Shown: positions 8,160-15,472 of the stretch, piece by piece | Layout: the number at the start of each line of letters is the position of its first letter | How positions within the stretch are numbered: the stretch's first letter is position 1 | NCBI RefSeq assembly: GCF_001458695.1 | Contig: NZ_LN885086.1 | Location: 2,580,001-2,612,000 of the forward strand | Direction of reading: 5' to 3' | Length of the DNA stretch: 32,000 bases | DNA from: Candidatus Nitrospira inopinata | Lineage (GTDB): Bacteria; Nitrospirota; Nitrospiria; Nitrospirales; Nitrospiraceae | The notes under the pieces: generated by a model | Told to the model about the DNA's origin: nothing | Database searches by the model: none | What the model saw: the letters and a program-made list of their open reading frames with translations, nothing else | Position numbers and translations under genes: made by a program

Positions 8160-9743
8160 ATGAAAATTTTGGTGAGTGACAGCCTGTCGAAGCAGGGCGT
8201 CGAGTTGCTGGAAAAGGCCGGATTCGCCGTGACGGTGAGATCCAAGATGCCGAAAGAGGAGCTCTACGCGGAGATCAAAGACGCCGACGGCTTGATCGTG
8301 AGGTCCGGCACCAAAGTGACGGCGGATTTGATCGCCGCCGCCGAAAAGCTGAAAGTGGTGGGACGGGCCGGGTCCGGGTTGGACAATGTCGACATACCGG
8401 CCGCCACCCGCCGAGGCGTCGTCGTGATGAACACCCCGGGCGGCAATACGGTCACGACGGCCGAACATACGATGGCGTTGATCTTTGCGGCCTGCAGAAA
8501 AATTCCCCAGGCGACGGCGTCGGTCAAACAGGGCAAGTGGGAAAAAGACAAGTTCATGGGCATTGAGCTTTACAACAAGACGCTCGGCATCGTGGGAATC
8601 GGTCAGATCGGCGGGTACTTGGCCAAGCTTGCCCAGGGAGCGTCCATGAACGTCATCGCCTATGACCCCTATCTCGCGCCGGATCGAGCCGAGAAAATGG
8701 GGGTGGGGCTGGTCGAATTGGCCGAGTTGTTTCGCCGCGCCGATATCATCTCCGTTCACACACCGCTCACCCCGGAGACCAGATCGCTGATCAACGCCAA
8801 CGTCATTGAGACCATGAAACCGGGCGTGGTGCTGATCAACTGCGCGCGCGGCGGCATCATCAACGAGGCGGATCTCTATGAGGCGTTGAAAACCAAACGA
8901 GTGGCGGCCGCCGCTTTCGACGTGTTTGAGGAAGAGCCGGTCAAACCCGACAATCCCCTGCTGACGTTGGATAACTTCATTTGCACGCCGCACATCGGCG
9001 CCCAGACCACCGAGGCGCAGGAAAACGTCGCCGTGGCCATTGCGGAACAGATCGTCGATTATTTCACGAAAGGCGTCGCAAAGGGCGCGGTCAACATTCC
9101 CTCGGTCGCACCGGAACTGCTGCCTCGTCTCCAACCGTTTTTGATTTTGGCGGAGCGGCTGGGCTCGCTTCAAACGCAACTGTCGCACGGCGCGATCGAA
9201 CGAGTCACGGTCGAATACAGTGGCGAGGTCGCTTCGTTGTCGGTGGCGCCCCTGACCATCGCCGTGCTGAAGGGGCTCCTTACCCCGATTTTGGAGCACC
9301 CTGTCAATTATGTGAACGCTCCGATCGTGGCCAAGGAGCGAGGAATCGAAGTGAAGGAAGTCCGAATCTCCGACGCCGGAGACTTCACCAGTCTGATTCG
9401 GGTCCGAGTCGAGTCCGGCAGGGCCTCGCACCAGGTGGCCGGCACTCTCTATCATAAAAAGGAAGCCAGGGTGGTGGAGATCGATCAGTTCAAGGTGGAA
9501 ATGGTGCCGGAAGGCCACATGCTGTTCATTCACAATATGGACCGGCCCGGCGTGATCGGCATGGTGGGCAAAGTGCTGGGCGACAACGGCATCAACATCG
9601 TGCGGATGCAATGTGCCCTCGAGAAACGGGGCGGGGACGCGTTGCTGATCATCGCGGCCGATACCGAGTTTCCGACCGCCGTGTTGGACGAGATCAAATC
9701 GAGTTCCAACATTCTTTCGGTCAACGTCGCGAATCTTGGCTGA
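8160..9743 (+). CDS. serA: D-3-phosphoglycerate dehydrogenase with C-terminal ACT domain
   Basis: Family-typical start MKILVSDSLS at 8160 (the ORF track starts at 8130). NAD fold GIVGIGQIGG, catalytic-region motif CTPHIGAQT, and a C-terminal ACT-like segment (HMLFIHNMDRPGVIGMVGKVLG). Confidence 0.9.
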   Translation: MKILVSDSLSKQGVELLEKAGFAVTVRSKMPKEELYAEIKDADGLIVRSGTKVTADLIAAAEKLKVVGRAGSGLDNVDIPAATRRGVVVMNTPGGNTVTTAEHTMALIFAACRKIPQATASVKQGKWEKDKFMGIELYNKTLGIVGIGQIGGYLAKLAQGASMNVIAYDPYLAPDRAEKMGVGLVELAELFRRADIISVHTPLTPETRSLINANVIETMKPGVVLINCARGGIINEADLYEALKTKRVAAAAFDVFEEEPVKPDNPLLTLDNFICTPHIGAQTTEAQENVAVAIAEQIVDYFTKGVAKGAVNIPSVAPELLPRLQPFLILAERLGSLQTQLSHGAIERVTVEYSGEVASLSVAPLTIAVLKGLLTPILEHPVNYVNAPIVAKERGIEVKEVRISDAGDFTSLIRVRVESGRASHQVAGTLYHKKEARVVEIDQFKVEMVPEGHMLFIHNMDRPGVIGMVGKVLGDNGINIVRMQCALEKRGGDALLIIAADTEFPTAVLDEIKSSSNILSVNVANLG

Positions 9744-9760
9744 CGGCTCGTCAGGGTGTC

Positions 9761-10834
9761 ATGGGCTTTGCTCCTCCTTCGTCCGGTATCCCTCCGGAGG
9801 AGATCCAACCGTTGAGAGAGCGATCGCTGGTTCCCGCCGGGATGTCGACGATTCTTCCGGAAGCGGCGCGCCGTTTTCGGAAAATCGAGACACAACTGAT
9901 CGAGACTCTGGCCGGTCGCGGCTTCGAAGAAATCATCCTGCCGACCTTCGAATACCTTGACGTGTTGACGCCAGGTCTTGAGCCGGAACTTATCGAGAAA
10001 TGCTATAAAATTCCCGACCGGACGACGGGTCGCATCCTGCTGCTTCGTCCCGACGCCACGGCGCAAATCGCCCGGACCGTCGCGATGGGGATGATGGGAG
10101 ACCGAACGCCGCTCAAGCTCTCGTACCGCACGACGGTGTTCCGCTATGAACCGGAACACGCCGGTCGGGACCGGGAAATTTTTCAAGTGGGGGCCGAGCT
10201 CATCGGAACCGACGATTCCGCGTCGGACCAAGAAATCGTGTCGCGCCTGATCGATTGTCTTCGGAACATCGGACTGCGGTCGTTCAAGGTTTCCCTGGGG
10301 CACGTCGGATTTTTCAAAAGGTTGCTCGTTCAAGCGGGGCTCTCGGACGCGGGAAAGAAACAGGCGGAGCAGGCGGCCGCGCGCAAGGACGTTCCCAAGC
10401 TCGAAGAAATTCTCTCCGTGGGGCGTGTCCCGCGACGAGCCGGACGGCGCATATTGGAAGCCTTGGAACTCTCCGGGACGGCCGAGGTTATTGCCGAAGG
10501 TCGAGCGTTGGCCGGAAAAGACGCGGCTCTTCACCGATCGCTCGATCGGTTGTCCCAGGTCTATCACGCGCTGTGTCGCGCGGGGCACCGTACGGCGCTG
10601 TTTCTTGACTTGGGAGAATTTCGCGGGTTCGATTATTATGACGGGATCGTCTTCGACGTCTTTGCGGAGGGGGTCGGGGTGGAACTCGGCGGCGGCGGAC
10701 GTTATAACCACTTGATCGGCCGATTCGGAAGAAACCTGCCTTCGACCGGCTTCGCCTTGATCGTCGATCGCTTGTTTCAAGGACTCGGCACGACGGCCGC
10801 GCAACCGGTCTCATCCTCGAAGAAATCTTCATGA
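9761..10834 (+). CDS. hisZ: ATP phosphoribosyltransferase regulatory subunit HisZ (HisRS paralog without anticodon-binding domain)
   Basis: 357 aa from the ATG at 9761, 15 nt after the serA stop. The tracked ORF start at 9611 would overlap serA. Class II aaRS-like motifs (LRPDATAQIAR, FQVGAELIG, GGGGRYNHL). Length fits HisZ, not HisS. Confidence 0.8.
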   Translation: MGFAPPSSGIPPEEIQPLRERSLVPAGMSTILPEAARRFRKIETQLIETLAGRGFEEIILPTFEYLDVLTPGLEPELIEKCYKIPDRTTGRILLLRPDATAQIARTVAMGMMGDRTPLKLSYRTTVFRYEPEHAGRDREIFQVGAELIGTDDSASDQEIVSRLIDCLRNIGLRSFKVSLGHVGFFKRLLVQAGLSDAGKKQAEQAAARKDVPKLEEILSVGRVPRRAGRRILEALELSGTAEVIAEGRALAGKDAALHRSLDRLSQVYHALCRAGHRTALFLDLGEFRGFDYYDGIVFDVFAEGVGVELGGGGRYNHLIGRFGRNLPSTGFALIVDRLFQGLGTTAAQPVSSSKKSS

Positions 10835-12180
10835 AACCCGCCGCCGTTGACTTGTCGCAACCGAAGCTTCCGCCGCAAAACATCGAGGCCGAACAATCGG
10901 TCTTGGGAGCCATTTTGTTGGACAACGCCGCCATGCCCAAGGCGATGGAACTGATCACGGAAGAGGATTTCTACCGGACGGCCCATCGCAAGGTGTACCG
11001 GGCCATGCTCGATCTCGCCGATACCGGCGAAGTGATCGACCAAATCACCCTCACGGAGCGTCTGGCGCGGATGGGAGAGTTGGAAACCGTCGGCGGCGCC
11101 GCGTATCTGGCCGAACTGGTTCAGATCGTTCCCAGCGCCGCCAACGTCCGCTATCACTGCAAAATCGTCCGCGACAAGGCCGTCGCGCGGCAACTGCTCG
11201 CGACTTCCACGGAAGTCTTGACGAGGGGCTACGAAGGAACCGCGTCGATCGATGAGCTCCTCGATTTTGCGGAACGATCCGTCTTCAGCATCGCTCAGGG
11301 CAAGTTGGAACGGCCGTTCACGCCGATCAACCAAATCATCAAAGAAAGTCTTGATTTGGTTGATAAGCTGTCGAAAAGAAAGGAGCACGTCACCGGCGTG
11401 CCGACGGGATACTACGATCTCGACGATCTGACCGCCGGGCTTCAACCGTCCGATTTGGTCGTCGTGGCGGGCCGGCCGAGCATGGGCAAGACCAGCTTGG
11501 CGCTCGGCTTCGCCACCCATGCGGCCATCCACGCGAACGCGGTCGTCGGCATCTTCAGCCTGGAAATGTCCAAACCGCAGATCGTGCTCCGGATGCTAAG
11601 CTCCGAGGCGCGCGTGGACTCCCATGCGTTACGGACGGGCAAACTGCAAAAAGAAGATTGGTGGCGGTTGGCGGAGGCGGCCGGTCGGTTGGAGCAGGCG
11701 TCGATCTATATCGACGACGCCGGCAACCTGACCGTGCAGCAAATGCGGGGGAAAGCCCGCCGGCTCAAGGCCGAAAAGGGGCTCGACCTGCTCATCGTGG
11801 ATTATCTTCAGTTGATGCAGGGACGCGGCGACGCGGAGTCGCGCCAACAGGAAATTTCCGACATCTCCCGCTCGTTGAAAGCCTTGGCGAAAGAGCTGAA
11901 CGTTCCCGTCGTGGCGCTGTCCCAATTGAGCCGCGCGGTCGAATCCCGAAAACCGCCGATCCCGATGTTGGCGGACCTGCGGGAGAGCGGCGCCATTGAA
12001 CAGGACGCCGACGTCGTGATGTTCATCTATCGGGAAGACGTCTACGATTCCAATTCTGAACGCAAAGGCATCGCCGACATCATCGTGAGCAAACACCGCA
12101 ACGGACCGACCGGGAAAAAAGAGCTCTTTTTCCACGATCGCTACGCCAAGTTCGAAAGCCTCGACCTTCGCGAGGCCTGA
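10831..12180 (+). CDS. dnaB: replicative DNA helicase DnaB
   Basis: 449 aa. N-terminal PPQNIEAEQSVLGAILLD, Walker A GRPSMGKTSLAL, DYLQLM, and RESGAIEQDADVV. The start overlaps the hisZ stop (ATGA). Confidence 0.95.
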   Translation: MKPAAVDLSQPKLPPQNIEAEQSVLGAILLDNAAMPKAMELITEEDFYRTAHRKVYRAMLDLADTGEVIDQITLTERLARMGELETVGGAAYLAELVQIVPSAANVRYHCKIVRDKAVARQLLATSTEVLTRGYEGTASIDELLDFAERSVFSIAQGKLERPFTPINQIIKESLDLVDKLSKRKEHVTGVPTGYYDLDDLTAGLQPSDLVVVAGRPSMGKTSLALGFATHAAIHANAVVGIFSLEMSKPQIVLRMLSSEARVDSHALRTGKLQKEDWWRLAEAAGRLEQASIYIDDAGNLTVQQMRGKARRLKAEKGLDLLIVDYLQLMQGRGDAESRQQEISDISRSLKALAKELNVPVVALSQLSRAVESRKPPIPMLADLRESGAIEQDADVVMFIYREDVYDSNSERKGIADIIVSKHRNGPTGKKELFFHDRYAKFESLDLREA

Positions 12181-12223
12181 GGTCGTTTGCGCGCCGTCCA
12201 GCCGCTCGGTATACTGTTCATAC

Positions 12224-14113
12224 ATGCGTGATCATCACCCAGGCTTCATGGCGACGGTTCAAAAGATGGCGAGACCGATGGCGTGCTCCCTGCGGATCGA
12301 CTGCCTGAGACGGCGGGCCGTCCGATCCGTCGTCGGCTCTCTGGCGATCGCGTGCGCCGTCATGGCCTGCGCCGCGTCGCCACGGGCGCAGGAATCGCAA
12401 CTCCTTTCGGAAGAATCGACCACGCGACAAGCCGCCGCGTCCCCGCCCAATTCGGCCGCGACCTATCATTTCATGTTGGGCTACCAAGCTGAGCTGGCAC
12501 AGGATATTGAAACGGCCCTGCGGGAATATCGAGCGACGATCGAAGCGGACCCGACTTCGCGCGACGCGAAGGCCCGGTTGGCCGCTCTCTATTTCGGATT
12601 GGGCGACCTCTCCAACGCGGCCCACTACGCGGAACAGGCGGGAGAAGGAACCGGGCAGACCGCTCAGATGTTGACGCAGATGGCGGGCATTTTGGCCGGC
12701 ACCGGGAAGCCGGAGCGGGCGGTCGAGCTTTTGGACAAGGCGATCGGGCATGCTCCGGAACGCGCGGAATCATACTTTTCAAAAGGTCTTATCCTCTTGA
12801 ACCTGAAAAGAACGGCCGAGGCGGAGCAGGCGATCAAACAAGGCTTGCGATATGCGCCTGATTCTCACGTCGGTCACTATTATTTGGGTCGCATCTCGGT
12901 TGAAATGGGCAATATCGAGCAGGCCGTCTCCGGTTTTCACCAGTCGCTGACGGTGAATCCATCGTTCGAACCGCCCTATCTGGCTCTTGCGTCGATTTAT
13001 GAAAGTCGGAAGGAACGGGACAAGGCGATCGGCTTGCTTCAACTCTACCTGCGCCAAGTCAACCCGCACAACAAAGAAGTCAGACGGCATCTCGTTCAAT
13101 TGCATATCACCGCGAAAGATTACGCGGCGGGGGCGTCGGAACTTGAAAAGATGCTGGAAGACGATCCCGGCGATCTCGACGCGCAGCTCAGAATGGCGCT
13201 CATCCATGGGGAACAAAAAGACTTCGCCAAGGCGATCGACCGACTCACCGCCATTTTGCGAGCCAGACCGGACGAACTGCGGGTCCGCGATTATCTGGGC
13301 TATCTGTACGAGGAAACCAAGGACTTTCCCAAGGCCATCGAGACCTATCGACACAATATTCATCTCGACCCGCGATTTTTGGAGAGCCGTCTCCACCTGG
13401 GCGTGTTGCAGTATCGCCTCAAGAATTTTCCTGAAGCCATCACGCACTTGAGCGAGGTGGTCCGTCTCAATCCCAAACAGCCGGAGCCGCACATCGTGCT
13501 CGGTCTCTCCTATTTGCAGTCCGATAAATTCGAGCAAGCTCTGGAGGCCTTTGAAGAGGGGGTCACCCATCACCCCAAGAATGCCGACCTGCATTTCAAC
13601 CTCGGCACCGCCTACGACAAGCTCAACCGATTTGACGACGTCGTGCGCGCGATGGAGGCGGCGATCGCGCTGGACCCCCACCATGCCGATGCGTTGAACT
13701 ATCTCGGCTACAGTTACGCGGAACGCGGGATCAAGCTCGACCAGGCCCTCTCGCTCACCAAACGGGCCGTCGCCCTCAAACCGGACAACGGCTACTACGT
13801 GGACAGCCTGGGATGGGCCCTGTACAAAGCCGGCATGGTGGAAGAGGCGTTGAAAGAAATCGAACGGGCCGGCAAGCTCGTGAAAGACGATCCGGTGATC
13901 TACGAGCACTTGGGTGAAATCTACCTGCAACAGCGAAAACTGGCCGAAGCCCGGGAAGCCTGGCTCCATTCCCTGGAGATCGATCCCTCCAACGAAAAAC
14001 TTCTCCAGCGCTTCCGCGAGCAGGGGTTCGGTGACCCGGCTCAAGAACGGCGCATCCAGCAGGCCAAACAACGGGTGGCGGAGAAGAAACAAGCCCCACC
14101 GGCATCGCCGTAA
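12224..14113 (+). CDS. large tetratricopeptide-repeat protein, probably exported or a lipoprotein
   Basis: 629 aa. N-terminal basic plus hydrophobic segment SVVGSLAIACAVMACAAS (possible lipobox AIAC or VMAC). The rest is a long run of 34-residue TPR-like units (e.g. HFNLGTAYDKLNRFDDVVRAMEAAIALDPHHADALNYLGYSYAERG). The exact start is uncertain. Confidence 0.75.
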   Translation: MRDHHPGFMATVQKMARPMACSLRIDCLRRRAVRSVVGSLAIACAVMACAASPRAQESQLLSEESTTRQAAASPPNSAATYHFMLGYQAELAQDIETALREYRATIEADPTSRDAKARLAALYFGLGDLSNAAHYAEQAGEGTGQTAQMLTQMAGILAGTGKPERAVELLDKAIGHAPERAESYFSKGLILLNLKRTAEAEQAIKQGLRYAPDSHVGHYYLGRISVEMGNIEQAVSGFHQSLTVNPSFEPPYLALASIYESRKERDKAIGLLQLYLRQVNPHNKEVRRHLVQLHITAKDYAAGASELEKMLEDDPGDLDAQLRMALIHGEQKDFAKAIDRLTAILRARPDELRVRDYLGYLYEETKDFPKAIETYRHNIHLDPRFLESRLHLGVLQYRLKNFPEAITHLSEVVRLNPKQPEPHIVLGLSYLQSDKFEQALEAFEEGVTHHPKNADLHFNLGTAYDKLNRFDDVVRAMEAAIALDPHHADALNYLGYSYAERGIKLDQALSLTKRAVALKPDNGYYVDSLGWALYKAGMVEEALKEIERAGKLVKDDPVIYEHLGEIYLQQRKLAEAREAWLHSLEIDPSNEKLLQRFREQGFGDPAQERRIQQAKQRVAEKKQAPPASP

Positions 14114-14659
14114 CCTCCACTCGGTTTACATCCGCAACCCTCACGACATCGCAATCGTTTGTCGAGTCAGAAGCCTCTCATCATCAAGGTGCCTGAGACT
14201 TATGGAAGTTGGTACACGTGTCCCACAATGGGGAGAGAAATGACTTGATGGGCGAAGTTGTGCCCACTTGATCAAGATAGCGAGCGCCAGAGTCTCCGTT
14301 GTGTAAGAGGTGTAATAGACTTCCCCACGCCATTTCTTCATATAGCCTCCAATGGCGGAGCCATCCTTTCCCCTCATGCCGTATCCGATACGCCAAGGCT
14401 CTCGTATCGGAGAAGATACGAGACAAACGTGATAGCGCGCCGCCATGGTCGTGGTCGTTCCTGTCCGTTGAGCACCCTTGTCATCCTCGCTTCCAAACCC
14501 GCTTGTGAACAGGGCAAGTGACGAGGTGCCAATTTTTGGCGCTGGGTCACGGAATCTGAAACCGACGCGCAGCGGGCCCTGGCAAACCCCGTTGGACGAT
14601 CCCTCCCAAAGCCACGAGTTTTCAAGTGGTTCGAGCACGAGCCTCATGAAAAGGTCACA

Positions 14660-14675
14660 CGGCATTGAACCTGCT
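14660..14675 (+). promoter_or_regulatory. candidate sigma54 (-24/-12) promoter for pilA
   Basis: The sequence is cGGCATTGAACCTGCT. GG at 14661-14662 and GC at 14673-14674 have the spacing of the TGGCACG-N4-TTGCW consensus (matches GGCA and TGCT). It lies 84 nt upstream of the pilA ATG. pilA is sigma54/PilR-dependent in Pseudomonas and Myxococcus. Confidence 0.45.
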
Positions 14676-14757
14676 AGATAGCCTGGTAGGCGGCACCATC
14701 GCGCCGCGGATGTTCAACCGGGCCGTGAGCGGCCTTTCACTTAACCAGGAGGCGGGT

Positions 14758-15381
14758 ATGATGAGCAGGGTTTTCAAAAAACAAGAGGGGTTCACCCTCA
14801 TTGAGTTGATGATCGTCGTGGCGATCATCGGGATCTTGGCGGCCATCGCCATTCCCAACTTCTTACAGTACCAGATGAAGTCGCGGCAGTCTGAAGCCAA
14901 GACGAACCTGCAGGCGATTAAGACGTCGGAAGTGTCGTGGCAGGGTGAACGGGGCTGTTTCTTAGTGGCCGGCCAATGGCCTGTAGCTGCTATTCCTACT
15001 GCAGCGAAATCCTCGCCTGTAACATGGTTTCCAGGAGGTGCTGGACCAGTTGTGACTCCTCCCCTTGCCACTGGATGGTGCTCAGCTATGGGGCCCGGTG
15101 GGACTACAGGCACCTTTACAGACCTTGGATTTGAGCCAACTGGTAATGTGTACTATGCGTATTCTACCGGCACCTACGCTGTAAATCACACGTCATGTCT
15201 TGGGCCGACACTGGCCCCTGCAGCCAACGTGACGTTCGAGACTGGAGCTCTTGATGCTGGTACAACCGCAGCCGGGTTCAGAGCCACGGCCTCAGCTAAT
15301 TTGGACGGAGTTGCCCCTGCTTCTGTATGGGCTTCGTCAGATGGGCAGGGTGCCCAAGACTGTACGCCGGGAGTTTTCTAA
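14758..15381 (+). CDS. pilA: type IVa major pilin, Myxococcus-type PilA
   Basis: AGGAGG at 14747-14752. Short leader MMSRVFKKQEG followed by FTLIELMIVVAIIGILAAIAIPNF (G-1, F+1, E+5 prepilin peptidase site). Mature protein is 196 aa with 4 Cys. The tracked ORF start at 14665 is rejected in favour of the Shine-Dalgarno-preceded ATG. Confidence 0.92.
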   Translation: MMSRVFKKQEGFTLIELMIVVAIIGILAAIAIPNFLQYQMKSRQSEAKTNLQAIKTSEVSWQGERGCFLVAGQWPVAAIPTAAKSSPVTWFPGGAGPVVTPPLATGWCSAMGPGGTTGTFTDLGFEPTGNVYYAYSTGTYAVNHTSCLGPTLAPAANVTFETGALDAGTTAAGFRATASANLDGVAPASVWASSDGQGAQDCTPGVF

Positions 15382-15410
15382 TATCGGCTAGATCAGCACT
15401 TGTGTAAAAC

Positions 15411-15450
15411 GTCCCGCCGGTTGGTAACAGCCGGCGGGATTCGTCGTTTC
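15411..15450 (+). terminator. rho-independent terminator after pilA
   Basis: 11-bp GC-rich stem 15413-15423 / 15428-15438 (CCCGCCGGTTG / CAGCCGGCGGG, one G-U pair) closed by a GTAA tetraloop and followed by ATTCGTCGTTTC. Confidence 0.65.
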
Positions 15451-15472
15451 ATAGTTGTATCCAAGCCTCTCC

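Noticed and set aside
9611-9760. An upstream extension of the hisZ ORF (and 8130-8159 for serA).
   Set aside because: The hisZ extension lies inside the serA coding sequence in another frame. The internal ATGs give family-typical N-termini.
10626-10632. GGTTCGA T-loop-like strings (also at 14628-14634), considered as hints of tRNA genes.
   Set aside because: No acceptor, D or anticodon stems can be drawn around them. The first is inside hisZ.
7908-10804. Long minus-strand ORFs (7908-9611, 567 aa; 9530-10804, 424 aa) opposite serA and hisZ.
   Set aside because: These are shadow ORFs with biased Arg/Gly/Asp composition, no Shine-Dalgarno and no domain signatures. The + strand genes are clear.
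12779-14092. A 437-aa minus-strand ORF opposite the TPR gene. Similar cases lie at 4579-5316, 10777-11532, 16435-17175, 17253-17834, 18759-19346, 22536-23213, 23812-24405, 24488-25126, 25494-26168 and 30586-31362.
   Set aside because: All fully overlap stronger, motif-bearing genes on the other strand and are antisense artefacts.
14384-14411. A 9-bp hairpin, TCCGATACG / CGTATCGGA, with a 10-nt loop.
   Set aside because: It is short, has no T-tract and has no obvious gene to terminate. It is mentioned only as part of the unexplained spacer.
14141-14665. A 174-aa minus-strand ORF, considered as a functional gene.
   Set aside because: It has no Shine-Dalgarno or signal peptide, its start overlaps the pilA promoter region, and its composition is atypical. 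I keep it only as a possible OMP gene remnant in the findings.
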